Positions 47,041 through 60,531 are shown, counted from the stretch's first letter. The stretch: DNA of 64,000 nt from Actinomycetes bacterium (GCA_023404495.1 JAEYBE010000033.1:72032-136031); one strand, 5' to 3'. Translations and numbers: made by a program. Notes: a model not told the origin generated them from the sequence alone.

Positions 47041-47136
47041 TGGGGATTACGTTAGAGGTCGGGGGTGCGGCTGACGGCCGTTGGCGCGCCGCGCGAGGTC
47101 AGTAGTCAAACACGCGTGACGGCAGAATGGACCGGT

Positions 47137-48195
47137 TCAGACGGTTCGCCTCAGTGGCGGAGCGGGCACGTAGTGGGTCGACCTTCCGCCGCCGGCAACA
47201 TCGAGCAACCCGGCATCGACCAGGCGACGCAGGTCAAGACTCGCCGTCGGAACGGCGATGTCCGCCTCCTGCGCGTACGCCGAGCGCGTCAGTCGGCCAG
47301 ACAGGGCCTGCTCAAGCGCGATCACGATTCGGTCAGGCCAGCCCCTCTCCTCAACCAGCAGCTCAAGTCGATGCCAACGGTCGGCCGACGCACCGATCAA
47401 TTCAAGCCGATCCTTGATCTGGGCCCAGTGGGCGTCCAGGCAGAAGTCAAGCCACTCGTCAGCCGGGCGATCAGGATCGAACTTTCCGTGTTGCGCCGAA
47501 GCGAGGGCTGCGTAGTAGTCGGTCGTGTGCGCCGCCAGGTACTCCTCGATCGAGCCGAATTCCGGCGCCGTTTCGCCGCTCAGCGCGATCGCCAGCGACT
47601 GCACAACTCGCGAGGTTCTGCCGTTCCCGTCTTCGAACGGGTGGATCGACACGAGATTCAGGTGAGCCATGGCCGCCGTGACGAGTGGATGTGACTTCGC
47701 TGCCCCAATCCAGTCGATGAACTCTTCGAGAAGCCCGTTCAGTTCGCCGGCTGGCGGTCCCTCAAATGCCATGGATCCACTTGGTCCAGTCACGAAGATG
47801 GGACCCTCGCGTACCAATCCCGGTCGAGCGTCGGGTTGGAAGCTACAGACGTCGAAGTGGAGATCCAGAATCGCGCGGCGGGACCAGCGAAATCCGCTGT
47901 CTGCGGCCATCGCTCCCACATGCTGCATAGCCAGTGCGTATGCGGAAAACGCAAGTTCGTCGTCGCCCACCGGTGCCGAATCATCGAGCAGCTCGAGTGC
48001 GCGCGCCGGAGAAGTCGAGAACCCTTCGATCCGCGTTGAGCTTGCGTAGGCGATTGCGCGAGAGGTGCGCCGGAGTGCCTGCACCCAGCGCTCGCTCGGC
48101 ACCAGTCGCGCGCCAAGCTCGGCCCTAAGCGAGTCGATCGCATCGAGCTTTCGGCCGCGTTCTGGCGTGATTTTCGGTGTGGCGTACAACGACAT
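47137..48195 (-). CDS. Fic family protein (class II, with an N-terminal inhibitory helix motif)
   Basis: Fic motif HPFEDGNGRTSR (nt 47608..47643) and inhibitory-type motif STRIEG matching [ST]xxxE[GN] (nt 48022..48039). The C-terminus is wHTH-like. Confidence 0.85.
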   Translation of the reverse strand: MSLYATPKITPERGRKLDAIDSLRAELGARLVPSERWVQALRRTSRAIAYASSTRIEGFSTSPARALELLDDSAPVGDDELAFSAYALAMQHVGAMAADSGFRWSRRAILDLHFDVCSFQPDARPGLVREGPIFVTGPSGSMAFEGPPAGELNGLLEEFIDWIGAAKSHPLVTAAMAHLNLVSIHPFEDGNGRTSRVVQSLAIALSGETAPEFGSIEEYLAAHTTDYYAALASAQHGKFDPDRPADEWLDFCLDAHWAQIKDRLELIGASADRWHRLELLVEERGWPDRIVIALEQALSGRLTRSAYAQEADIAVPTASLDLRRLVDAGLLDVAGGGRSTHYVPAPPLRRTV

Positions 48196-48205
48196 GACAC
48201 CAGTA

Positions 48206-48231
48206 TATACGAATATACGTTTATTCGTATA
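48206..48231. promoter_or_regulatory. AT-rich 10-6-10 inverted repeat directly upstream of fic
   Basis: TATACGAATA-tacgtt-TATTCGTATA has perfect arms and lies 11 nt upstream of the Fic start codon, in the only AT-rich patch of this intergenic region. Confidence 0.45.
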
Positions 48232-48246
48232 ACTAGTGTGCCGCCG

Positions 48247-49386
48247 CTACACCGCGCGGATGTGGCCGCGGGCACCCTGCTGCTGCGCGGCGATCTTCTG
48301 GGCGAAGCCGACCAGCGAGCGGCGATAGTCGGCCAGCGAGCGCAACGAGACGAACTCGTTGGGTCCGTGGTGGCCATCGCCGACGGGGCCGAACTCCACC
48401 GCGGGGATCCCTTGCGCCAGGAATGCAGTGGCCTCGGAGCTCCCGTCGCGGCCGACCAGCTCTGCGCCATCGACGCCGCAGTCGGCAAGTGACTGATGGA
48501 GCGCGACCACATACTCGTTGTCGTTGGCGACGTATGCCGGTTCACGCTCGAAGATCACCTCCACCGCGATGTCCTCGATCGCGCGCACGTCCTCGAGGAT
48601 CTGCTCCGGGTCCTGGCCCGGGACGTAGCGAATGTCGACGTCCATCACGCAGGAGTCAGGCACCTTGTTGATCGCATCTCCGCCCTCGATGCGTCCGAGA
48701 TTGATGCTCGGCCGGTCGAAGAAGTCGCTGCTCTGGCGGGCGAAGTCGAGCCCTTCGATGCGCCGGAAGACGTCGTTGGCCTTGAGCACGGCGTTGTCGC
48801 CGAGCCACGGCGTCGAGCCGTGCGCCGAAGTACCGCTGACGGTCACCCGCAGCGCCAGCACGCCCTTGGCCTGGACGCCCACATGAAGGTTCGTCGGCTC
48901 ACCGGTGATCGCAAAGTCGCCGCCGTAACCGCGCTCGACCAAGACATCGGTGCCGCGAATCCCCATCGACTCCGACTCCTCGTCCGCGACGCAGACGAAT
49001 CGAACCTGGACGCCTGGCTCATCGCGCAGATCGCGCAGCGCGCACATCATCGCCGCCAGCGCCGCCTTCATGTCGTAGGCGCCGCGACCGATCAGTTCGT
49101 CGCCCTCGACGCGCGGTTTGAACTGCCCGGGCTTGCCGGGCACGACATCGATGTGACCGTGGAAGACCAGCACCGGACCGCTTCCCTGGGTACTGGTGAT
49201 GATCACCGGCAGGCCGGCGACCTCCATCTCCTCGATCTCGAATCCATTGGACTCAAGCCAGCCCTTGATGAAGCTGACGCCCGTCGTGATCCCCTCGGGA
49301 GACGAGGTGTCGTACGCCATCAGGCGCTTGGCGAGGTCGTGCTCGTCCACGCCCGCGAGCTTATACGTCTTGCCCGCCCGTAGCAT
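48247..49386 (-). CDS. M20 family metallopeptidase (ArgE/DapE/CPG2-like)
   Basis: Metal-ligand motifs VFHGHIDVVP, GAYDMK and CVADEESES. Specific activity cannot be assigned. Confidence 0.8.
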   Translation of the reverse strand: MLRAGKTYKLAGVDEHDLAKRLMAYDTSSPEGITTGVSFIKGWLESNGFEIEEMEVAGLPVIITSTQGSGPVLVFHGHIDVVPGKPGQFKPRVEGDELIGRGAYDMKAALAAMMCALRDLRDEPGVQVRFVCVADEESESMGIRGTDVLVERGYGGDFAITGEPTNLHVGVQAKGVLALRVTVSGTSAHGSTPWLGDNAVLKANDVFRRIEGLDFARQSSDFFDRPSINLGRIEGGDAINKVPDSCVMDVDIRYVPGQDPEQILEDVRAIEDIAVEVIFEREPAYVANDNEYVVALHQSLADCGVDGAELVGRDGSSEATAFLAQGIPAVEFGPVGDGHHGPNEFVSLRSLADYRRSLVGFAQKIAAQQQGARGHIRAV

Positions 49387-49396
49387 GGCTTTTCAG

Positions 49397-51739
49397 ATGA
49401 CGCGCGTCCTCTATGCCATCGGCGGATTCTGCTCACGGCGATCGTGGATCGTGATCGTGCTCTGGCTCGTGCTCGCGATCGGCTTGGGCGTGCTCGCCAA
49501 GTCGCTCGGCGAGAACCTCAACAACAATCTCACGCTCCCGGGCACCGACAGCCAGGCGGCGACCAGCCTGCTGCAGGAGAAATTCCCGGAGCAGTCCAAC
49601 GCCGGGGTGCCGATCGTCTTCGTCGCTCCGAGCGGGAGCAAACTGACCGAGTCGCGCTACAAGCAGGCGATCGAAGACGCCTACGCGTCCTACAAAAAGG
49701 ACGACTCGGTGCGAAGCGCCACGAGCCCCTTCTCGCAGGCCGGCTCGAGCCAACTCGCAAAGAGTGGCGATGTCGCCTACATCGAGCTGACTTTGAAGAC
49801 GACTCCGAGCGACATGACGCCGGAATCCGCTCAGGCGATCCTCGACGTCGCCGGTCCGGCGAAGAGCGAAGGACTGAGAGTCTGGGCAGGCGGCTACGTG
49901 GGTGACGACCTGTCGACGCCGACGAGCGACATCTCGGAGGGCGTCGGGCTGACGGCAGCCGTGATCATCCTGCTGCTGACCTTCGGGACTCTTGTCGCGA
50001 TGGCGATGCCGATCACCACAGCCATCCTCGGCCTTGCGACAGGACTCAGTCTGCTGACGATCGTCGGCCATGTCGTCGACGTCCCATCCTCTGCCCCGGC
50101 GCTTGCCACGATGATCGGCCTTGGAGTGGCGATCGACTACGGGCTCTTCATCGTCACGCAGCACCGCGCCCTGATGGCCGGCGGGCTCGAACCGCGCGAG
50201 GCGGCGGCACGAGCGGCGGCAACCGCCGGCGGGGCCGTGGTGTTCGCGGGTTCGACCGTGATCGTCGCGCTGCTTTCACTGCTGGTTGCTGGCATCCCGA
50301 TCGTCGGCGCGCTCGGCTACACCTCGGCAATCGTCGTGCTCGTGGCGATGCTTGCGGCAATCACCCTGCTGCCGGCCGTACTCGGTGGCACCGGGCGGCA
50401 CATCGAGAGCTTCAAGTTGCCCTGGGTCAAACGCGGCGGTGCGGCCGCCAGCGGCGACGAGGCCTCGCACGGTCGAGGATGGACCCGCTTTGCGAACTTG
50501 ATCTGCGACCACCCGGCGGTCTCGATCGCGGTCGCACTAGTGCTGGTCGCAGTGCTCACCTACCCGGCACTTTCGCTTTCGCTTGGATCGACCGACGACG
50601 GCACGGCGCCAAGCGGATCGCAGGCGCGCGAAAGCTATGACGCGCTGGCCAAGGGCTTTGGCGAAGGTGCGAACGGCCCGCTGCTGATCGCCGTCTCGCT
50701 CGATCCACCGGCCAAGAACGATCAGAAGTCGCTCGATGCGCTGGAGCAGAAATCTGCGCTGGCACCCGCCGGAAGCCAGTCTGAAAGCGCGGCCGACGAG
50801 GAGGCGCTGCTGGCGTCGAAGGCCTCCGATCCGCGTCTGCAGTCGCTGATGAGCGACATCCAGAAGACCAGCGGTGTCGCCTCGGTAAGCGAGCCCGACG
50901 TCAATTCGAGTGGCACGGCGGCGATTTACAGCGTCGTTCCAGATAGCGCGCCGTCCGCGTCGGCAACGACAGATCTGGTCAAGCGGCTGCGCGAGGATGT
51001 CCTGCCGTCATCCACCAAGGGCGAGGGGCTGACGGCCCACGTCGGCGGCCAGACCGCCGGCTACATCGACCTTGCGACGCAGATCTCGGACTCGCTTCCG
51101 CAGGTGATCGCGCTCGTGCTCGCGCTGAGCTTTCTGCTGCTGATGGTCGCTTTCCGGTCGATCCTCGTGCCACTGAAGGCGATCGTCATGAATCTGCTGT
51201 CGATCGGAGCGGCCTTCGGAATCGTCAACTACGTCTTCTCGCACCACTGGACCACCGGCGCCGTCGGGCTCGGCGAGGAAATCGCGATCGTGTCGTTCGT
51301 CCCGCTGATGATGTTCGCGATCCTCTTCGGGCTCTCGATGGACTACGAGGTGTTCCTGATGTCGCACATGCGCGAGCGCTACCTGGCGACCGGCGACGCG
51401 CGAAGGGCCGTGGTTGAAGGACTGGCGGGCACGGCGCGGGTGATCACCTCGGCGGCGCTGATCATGGTCGCTGTCTTCTGCGCATTCATCCTCAGCGACG
51501 ACCCCGACATCAAGGAGTTCGGCGTGGGCATGGCGGCAGCCGTGCTGGTGGACGCCACGATCATCCGCTGCCTGCTGGTGCCGGCGCTGATGCGGATCTT
51601 TGGCGACGCAGCCTGGTGGTACCCGCGCTGGCTGGAGAAGATCACGCCCCAGATGTCGATCGAGGGCAAGCAGTGGTTTGAGGAGCGCGACGCGCGCGCG
51701 ACCGCAGCGGCTGCAGCGGCTGCAGCGGCGAACGACTGA
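49397..51739 (+). CDS. MMPL/RND-superfamily membrane transporter
   Basis: About 780 aa with two homologous halves, each having multiple TM helices and a periplasmic loop. MMPL-typical blocks are IDYGLFIV and GLSMDYEVFLMSHMRE. The start is ATG 49397 or 49385, and the ORF opens at 49196 inside the divergent gene. Confidence 0.85.
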   Translation: MTRVLYAIGGFCSRRSWIVIVLWLVLAIGLGVLAKSLGENLNNNLTLPGTDSQAATSLLQEKFPEQSNAGVPIVFVAPSGSKLTESRYKQAIEDAYASYKKDDSVRSATSPFSQAGSSQLAKSGDVAYIELTLKTTPSDMTPESAQAILDVAGPAKSEGLRVWAGGYVGDDLSTPTSDISEGVGLTAAVIILLLTFGTLVAMAMPITTAILGLATGLSLLTIVGHVVDVPSSAPALATMIGLGVAIDYGLFIVTQHRALMAGGLEPREAAARAAATAGGAVVFAGSTVIVALLSLLVAGIPIVGALGYTSAIVVLVAMLAAITLLPAVLGGTGRHIESFKLPWVKRGGAAASGDEASHGRGWTRFANLICDHPAVSIAVALVLVAVLTYPALSLSLGSTDDGTAPSGSQARESYDALAKGFGEGANGPLLIAVSLDPPAKNDQKSLDALEQKSALAPAGSQSESAADEEALLASKASDPRLQSLMSDIQKTSGVASVSEPDVNSSGTAAIYSVVPDSAPSASATTDLVKRLREDVLPSSTKGEGLTAHVGGQTAGYIDLATQISDSLPQVIALVLALSFLLLMVAFRSILVPLKAIVMNLLSIGAAFGIVNYVFSHHWTTGAVGLGEEIAIVSFVPLMMFAILFGLSMDYEVFLMSHMRERYLATGDARRAVVEGLAGTARVITSAALIMVAVFCAFILSDDPDIKEFGVGMAAAVLVDATIIRCLLVPALMRIFGDAAWWYPRWLEKITPQMSIEGKQWFEERDARATAAAAAAAAAND

Positions 51740-51741
51740 CG

Positions 51742-52665
51742 CTAAGGAACCAGGACGATCTTGCCCGTCGTGCGTCCGGTCTCGATCAGCTCGTGAGCCT
51801 TGTCGGCCTGCTCCAGTGAGATGACCGCGGCGAGCTCGACCTTGAATTTTTGATCGGCGATCAGCTTGACGATCTCGTGGAGGTCGTCGGCGCTCGGGCT
51901 GACCAGCACCCCGTGGTACTCGAGTTCGTGCTCGGCCGCGAGCTTTGGGAGGTCTTCGTCGCGATACTCGACGATCGTCACCAGCCGGCCGCCTTCTTTG
52001 AGCGTCGGGATAGAGGCGCGCGCCGTACCCGAACCGACCGTGTCGAGCACGACATCGAGGCTGCCGGCCAGGAGTTTCGCGAAGTCGACCTCGTTGTAGT
52101 CGATCACCTCATCGGCGCCGATGCTCTCCAGGAAGTCGTGTTTTGCAAGGCTCGCCGTCGTGATCACGTGGGCGCCGCGCGCCTTGGCGATCTGGATCGC
52201 CATGTGGCCGACGCCGCCGGCGCCGGCGTGGATCAGCACTCGCTCGCGATCTGAGACGTTCGCTGCCCGCACCAGCGCCTGCCAGGCGGTCTCGGCTGCC
52301 AGCGGAATCGCCGCCGCCTCGTCGTGCGTGATCGTGGGCGGCTTGGGCAGCAGTTGATCGGCCGGGGCGGTGACGTACTCGGCGTAACAGGCGGCCTCTG
52401 CCGGGAACCTGATCAGGCCGAAGACCTCGTCGCCGGGCTCAAATCCGTCGCCGCTGGCGACTACCCCGCTGACATCCCAGCCGAGCGTGAACGGCGGTTC
52501 GCCCAGCAGTCCGCTGCCACGGCGCACCTTCGTGTCGACCGGGTTGACGCCGATCGCCCGCACTTCGATCAAGACCTCGCCGGGGCCAGGCTGCGGCCTC
52601 GGCGCATCAATCTCGAGCTGAAGGACATCCGGGCCGCCGACTTCGTCCTGTGTGACCCTGCGCAT
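51742..52665 (-). CDS. NADPH:quinone oxidoreductase / zinc-type alcohol dehydrogenase superfamily (MDR)
   Basis: GEVLIEVRAIGVNPVD and the cofactor motif VLIHAGAGGVGHMAIQIAK. ATG 52665 was chosen inside the ORF that extends to 52923. Confidence 0.85.
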   Translation of the reverse strand: MRRVTQDEVGGPDVLQLEIDAPRPQPGPGEVLIEVRAIGVNPVDTKVRRGSGLLGEPPFTLGWDVSGVVASGDGFEPGDEVFGLIRFPAEAACYAEYVTAPADQLLPKPPTITHDEAAAIPLAAETAWQALVRAANVSDRERVLIHAGAGGVGHMAIQIAKARGAHVITTASLAKHDFLESIGADEVIDYNEVDFAKLLAGSLDVVLDTVGSGTARASIPTLKEGGRLVTIVEYRDEDLPKLAAEHELEYHGVLVSPSADDLHEIVKLIADQKFKVELAAVISLEQADKAHELIETGRTTGKIVLVP

Positions 52666-52676
52666 CGCTCGCAGGC

Positions 52677-53573
52677 CTAGACGCTCTCGGGCGAGAACGT
52701 GTCGCACTGCGCCGGCTCGCCGGTCTCGTATCCGACCTTGAACCATTCGGCGCGCTGCTGGCTGGTTCCGTGCGTGAACGATTCGGGGCGCACTCCCTGA
52801 CCGGAGTTGCGCTGGAGCGTGTCGTCGCCGACCGACTCGGCCGCGCCGAGCGCTTCTTCCAGGTCTCCATCCTCGAGGTCGCCCTGCTGGTACACGCGGT
52901 GAGCCCAGATGCCGGCGTAGCAATCGGCCTGCAGTTCCATGCGAACCGAGAGCTCGTTGGCCTGGCCCGGGTCCTCGCGTTGCGCAGCACGGACCTGCTC
53001 TTCAGTTCCCAACTGCTGCTGGACGTGGTGCCCAAGCTCATGGGCGATCACGTACGCCCAAGCCAGATCGCCGGAGGCGCCGAGCTGCTCCTGCATCAGC
53101 TTGTAGAAGCCGAGGTCGATGTACACGCGCTGGTCGGCCGGGCAGTAGAACGGTCCGACCGCGCTGCTCGCCGAGCCGCAACCGCCGGTTGAGACGCCGC
53201 GGCGGTAGATCACCATCTTCGCCTTGTCGTACGGCTCGCCGGACTGCTGGAAGGCCTGCTGCCAGCCCTGCTGCGCCGTCACAAAGACGTAGGACGAGAA
53301 GTCCTTGAAGTCTTTCTCGGGATCCTGATCTGACGGAATGCCTTTGGCGTTCTGCGAGCTGACGGCCGTGTCGGTGGGGAACGCCTGGCCGATGTCAAAG
53401 CCCGACCCTTCGCCGCCAAGCAGCTGCATCCCGATCACGATGATCACGACCAGCAAGCCGATTCCGCCGCCGGCCTTGCCGACCGGGATCCCGCCCATGC
53501 TCGGCCCGCCACCGGACGAGGAGCCACGGGCGTCGATTACATCGCCGTCATCGTCAACCTTCCGCCAGCGCAT
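52677..53573 (-). CDS. YpfJ-like neutral zinc metallopeptidase
   Basis: N-terminal DVIDARGSSSGGG, a TM segment and HELGHHVQ. The architecture is typical of the YpfJ family. Confidence 0.8.
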   Translation of the reverse strand: MRWRKVDDDGDVIDARGSSSGGGPSMGGIPVGKAGGGIGLLVVIIVIGMQLLGGEGSGFDIGQAFPTDTAVSSQNAKGIPSDQDPEKDFKDFSSYVFVTAQQGWQQAFQQSGEPYDKAKMVIYRRGVSTGGCGSASSAVGPFYCPADQRVYIDLGFYKLMQEQLGASGDLAWAYVIAHELGHHVQQQLGTEEQVRAAQREDPGQANELSVRMELQADCYAGIWAHRVYQQGDLEDGDLEEALGAAESVGDDTLQRNSGQGVRPESFTHGTSQQRAEWFKVGYETGEPAQCDTFSPESV

Positions 53574-53698
53574 GCGGCGATCCTAGCCACGCAAAAGCAC
53601 GCAAATACCGGCCAACCTTTGGCACCTGGTGCCAAAGGTTGATCGCAAATAGCGAGGTTTTCGTGGCGCGGTGCGGAGGACGCGCTTGCGGCTGGGGC

Positions 53699-54109
53699 CT
53701 AGGCGCCTTCGGCGATCTCTACGTAGCGGGTCCAGCGGGAGACGTCGCGCTGGGCGCGCTCCTGATCGGCTGAGCCGTCTTCGGCCGCCGAGAGACGCTC
53801 TGAAGCCTCTTCGAGGCGCGTGCGCAGGTCGGCAAGGTCGAGCTCCTCAACGGGGATCGCCTCTTCGACCAGCATCAGCAGCGAGTTGTCTGCCATCTGG
53901 AGGAAACCGTCGCCCTGCGCGAAGCGCTTGATCTCGGTCTCGCTCTCGTAGATGCGCAGCTCGGTCGGGTCGAGCATCGCCATCAACGGCTCGTGGTTCG
54001 CGCGGATACCGATCGAACCGACGAGCGTGCGGGTGGAGACCATCTCGGCGGTGCCTTCGTAGGCAGCGCCTTCCGGGGTCATGATCTGTACGGGAAACGT
54101 GGTCGCCAT
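53699..54109 (-). CDS. atpC: F1 ATP synthase subunit epsilon
   Basis: 136 aa in the position after atpD, with typical N-terminal beta-sandwich sequence (VQIMTPEG...). Confidence 0.9.
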   Translation of the reverse strand: MATTFPVQIMTPEGAAYEGTAEMVSTRTLVGSIGIRANHEPLMAMLDPTELRIYESETEIKRFAQGDGFLQMADNSLLMLVEEAIPVEELDLADLRTRLEEASERLSAAEDGSADQERAQRDVSRWTRYVEIAEGA

Positions 54110-54115
54110 GAGGGA

Positions 54116-55558
<1,443 letters not shown>

Positions 55559-55581
55559 TCAGGTAGTGATCGGTGACGGGG

Positions 55582-56501
55582 CTAAACGCCCTCGGCCCCG
55601 CCGACGACTTCCAAGATTTCCTGTGTGATCGCAGCCTGACGCTGCCGGTTCATTTCCAAAGTGAGGTTCTTGATCATCTCCGACGCGTTGTCGGAGGCGG
55701 ACTGCATTGCGGTCATCTTCGCGCCCATCTCACTGGCGGCGCTCTCGAGCAGCGCGCGGAAGATCGTGATCTCGACGAAGTCCGGGATCAGGCGCTTGAG
55801 CAGCTCTTCCGGCTCGGGCTCGTAGAGCCAGAGCGCGTGCCCGGGCTGCGAGTCCTCTTCGCCTTCCTCGGATGCGCCGCCGGACTCTCCGGAGAGGCCG
55901 CCCTCGAGGATCTCCGCCTGCTGCAGTGGCAGGACGCGCTGCCCGGTGACGACCTGGGAAAGCGGCGAGATGTAGCTGTTGTAGATGATGTCGACGGAGT
56001 CGATCTTGCCGTCGATGTAGTCGGCCATCAGTTCCTCCGCGATGTTGCGCGCGTCGGCGAAGGCCGGGCGATCGGTGAAGCCGGTGTGGGCCGACTTGAC
56101 CGTGAGGTTGCGGAAGTTGAGCGAGCTGTCGATGCGACGGCCGACCGCGTAGAGCGTGACTTCCTTGCCCTCTTCGATCAGCTCGTTGTAGCGGACGATG
56201 CCGCGACGGATGATCTGCGAGTTGAACGATCCGGCCAGACCGCGGTCACCCGCGATCAGCACGAGACCGACGTGCTTGACCTCTTCGCGCTCGGTCAGGA
56301 TCGGGAGCTGCGGGACGTTGCCCGCGGCCTCGGCGGCCTGGCGCGTCATGCGCGTGAGGACGTCCGCGTAGGGACGCAGCGCCTGGATGCGCTGCTCGGC
56401 GCGGCGCAGGCGAGCGGCGGCGACCATCTGCATCGCAGAAGTAATCTTCTGGATGTTCTTGACCGAACCGATGCGGTTCGCGGTGTCGCGCTGGGACGCC
56501 A

Positions 56502-56502
<1 letters not shown>
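55582..56502 (-). CDS. atpG: F1 ATP synthase subunit gamma
   Basis: 306 aa with IKNIQKITSAMQMVAAARL at the N-terminus and ITQEILEVVGGAE at the C-terminus. Confidence 0.95.
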
Positions 56503-58118
<1,616 letters not shown>

Positions 58119-58146
58119 TTGAAGACTCCTGAAGATTCCTGGTGGT

Positions 58147-58683
58147 TTAGGCGGCCGCAGCCGAGACTTGTTTACGAAGGCGCTCGAGACGTCCCTTGAT
58201 GGACGCGTCGAGGACCATGTTTCCTACCTGAAGGACGAGGCCGCCGATGATGTCGTCGTCGACCTTGCCAGTCAGTTCGACCTTGCGGCCGGTCTGTTGC
58301 TCCACGCTCGAGCCGATCTTCTCGATCGTCTCTTGCGGCAGGTCGACGGCACTGGTGACCGTGACCGGCAGGAGCTTGTTGTAGTCGGCCCAAAGGGCCT
58401 CGTACTGGGTACGAATTCGTTGGATCGCCGGAAGGCGGTGCCGTTCGGCGAGCAGCTTGAGGAAGTTGACGAACTCCGGTTCCGCGCCGTCGAGGATGCG
58501 CGCGATGCCGTCAGCCTTCTCCTCGCCCGAGAAGTACGGGGAGAAGAGAAAGAGCCGCAGCTCGGCGTTCTGGTCGAGCGCCGATGCGAACTGGTCGAGC
58601 TGCGACTTGATCGAATCGACCTTGCCGCGCCCTTCAGCCGCCTCGAATAGCGAAGTGGCGTAGATGCGTGCGATTTCTTCCAT
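58147..58683 (-). CDS. atpH: F1 ATP synthase subunit delta (OSCP)
   Basis: 178 aa with the OSCP-like start [13 protein letters not shown] and the expected operon position. Confidence 0.9.
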   Translation of the reverse strand: MEEIARIYATSLFEAAEGRGKVDSIKSQLDQFASALDQNAELRLFLFSPYFSGEEKADGIARILDGAEPEFVNFLKLLAERHRLPAIQRIRTQYEALWADYNKLLPVTVTSAVDLPQETIEKIGSSVEQQTGRKVELTGKVDDDIIGGLVLQVGNMVLDASIKGRLERLRKQVSAAAA

Positions 58684-58701
58684 CTGCTCGTTTCAGCCTG
58701 T

Positions 58702-59295
58702 TCAGTTCTGCGACGCGTTGCCGGTGAGGGCCGTGAAGTCGACCTCTTTGAGTGCTTCCTCGACCAGGCGCTGCTGGTCATCGCCGGTCAGCGACTTGCG
58801 TGTGACGCGCTCGGTCGCTTCGACCGTCATCGCCGCGACCTCGCGGCGCAAGTCCTGCAGCGCCTTCTGGGTCTCGAGCTGGATCTCGGCGCGGGTCTGC
58901 TTGAGCAGTTCCTCGCGCTCCTGGTCCGCCTTCTTCTGCGCGTCAGCCTCGCGCTGGTCGGCGGCGGTACGGGCTCGGGCGATGATCTCGTCGGCCTGAA
59001 TGCGGGCCTCGGAGAGTCGCTGGCGATAGTCGGCCAGCAGATCGTCGGCCTCCTTGCGGGAGTCCTCGGCGTACTTGATCGAGTCGGCGATCATGTTCTG
59101 GCGACGCTCGATCGCCTCGGTGATGCGCCCGAAGCCAAAGCTCTTGGCGGTGCGCAGGACCAGGAACGTGATGCCGAAGGTGAGCAGCACCCAGATCATC
59201 AGGCCGATGCTCGGCATGACGAGGAAGTTGCCGCTCTCCTCCTCCGCGCCAGTGGACGCGAACGGGAGAACTGATGTTGCCAGTGCGTGAATCAC
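58702..59295 (-). CDS. atpF: Fo ATP synthase subunit b
   Basis: A single N-terminal TM helix is followed by a long charged helix (EARIQADEIIARARTAADQREADAQKKADQ). The start is uncertain. Confidence 0.88.
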   Translation of the reverse strand: MIHALATSVLPFASTGAEEESGNFLVMPSIGLMIWVLLTFGITFLVLRTAKSFGFGRITEAIERRQNMIADSIKYAEDSRKEADDLLADYRQRLSEARIQADEIIARARTAADQREADAQKKADQEREELLKQTRAEIQLETQKALQDLRREVAAMTVEATERVTRKSLTGDDQQRLVEEALKEVDFTALTGNASQN

Positions 59296-59323
59296 GGGTT
59301 GACCTTCGTTTCCGGGAAGCCCC

Positions 59324-59590
59324 TTACGCGATGAAGAAGGCGACGAACGACATGACCAGCGCGTAGAACACGATCGCCTCGGTGAGGGCGAATCCGATCC
59401 ACATGGTGCCCATGATCTCGTCCTTCATCTCCGGCTGACGGGTGATCGACTCGATCGTCTTACCGAAGATGTAGCCGACGCCGACGCCCGGGCCGATGGC
59501 TCCGAAACCAGTGCCAAGACCCAGTGCGAGGGCCTTTGCCGCGTCGACGCTCTCGGTGCCGGCGGCGAGGATGGGTGCGATGTTGCTCAT
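59324..59590 (-). CDS. atpE: Fo ATP synthase subunit c
   Basis: 88-aa two-TM hairpin with a Gly-rich helix 1 (GLGTGFGAIGPGVGVG) and the carboxylate in FALTEAIVFYAL. Confidence 0.95.
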   Translation of the reverse strand: MSNIAPILAAGTESVDAAKALALGLGTGFGAIGPGVGVGYIFGKTIESITRQPEMKDEIMGTMWIGFALTEAIVFYALVMSFVAFFIA

Positions 59591-59604
59591 TGTTGGATTG
59601 CTCC

Positions 59605-60531
59605 TTAGTGACCTTCGGAGACTGCGTCCCCGATGTAGATGGCTGAGAGTGTTGAGAAGATGAACGCCTGAAGCGTGGTGACGAGCATCACGTCCAGGAA
59701 GTAGATGAACACGGCAAGCGGCACCGTGAGCGGGAAGACATACGGCAGCCCGAGCAGAATCACCATGCCGCCACCCATGATCAGGATGATCATGTGGCCC
59801 GCGAGCATGTTGGCGAAGAGTCGGGCGGTCAGCGAGACGAGCTGGAGAAACTTCGAGAGCGCCTCGATCGGGAAGATGATGATCAGCGCGGGCTTCGGCG
59901 TGCCGGCCGGCACCCAGCCCTTGACGTAGCCGATCGGGCCCTTCGCCTTGACACCCTCGACCTGTACGCCGATCCAGACGATCAGCGCCAGGGTCAGCGG
60001 AATCGCGACGTTGGCGGTGGCGGCGTAGAGCGCGAAGGTTGGGAGCGTGAAGCCGAGGAAATCGACGGTGTGCTCGGTGTTGATCGGCATCGGGATGAAG
60101 CCGAGCGCGTTGCAGAACCAGATGAACAGGAACATCGTCGCAAGGAACGGGAACCAGCGCGCGGCCACCGACTGCTTGTGGATGTTGCGGTCGGTCACCG
60201 TGTTGCGTGCGACGTCGTAGAAGATCTCAACCGAAGCCTGGATCTTGCCGGGCTTGTCGCGCGTCTCGGGGTTTGACATCTTGCGCGAGACGAACCAGAC
60301 CGTGAAGAACGTGCAGATCGACGCCAGCAGCAGCATGAAGACGGCCTTGTTGATCGACATGTCGATCCCGCCGATGTTGATCTCGACCCAGGGGTCGAGC
60401 TTGAATTCGTTCTGCGGCTTGAAGTCCTCGTTGATCTCCGCGAACGCACTGGCCGGCACGACCAGCATGGCGCCGATCGCGAGGATCGCGGCGGAGAGCT
60501 GGAAGCGGATACGAGACAACGAGTTGCGCAT
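59605..60531 (-). CDS. atpB: Fo ATP synthase subunit a
   Basis: Polytopic membrane protein with the conserved Arg region LSLTARLFANMLAGH. Confidence 0.95.
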   Translation of the reverse strand: MRNSLSRIRFQLSAAILAIGAMLVVPASAFAEINEDFKPQNEFKLDPWVEINIGGIDMSINKAVFMLLLASICTFFTVWFVSRKMSNPETRDKPGKIQASVEIFYDVARNTVTDRNIHKQSVAARWFPFLATMFLFIWFCNALGFIPMPINTEHTVDFLGFTLPTFALYAATANVAIPLTLALIVWIGVQVEGVKAKGPIGYVKGWVPAGTPKPALIIIFPIEALSKFLQLVSLTARLFANMLAGHMIILIMGGGMVILLGLPYVFPLTVPLAVFIYFLDVMLVTTLQAFIFSTLSAIYIGDAVSEGH

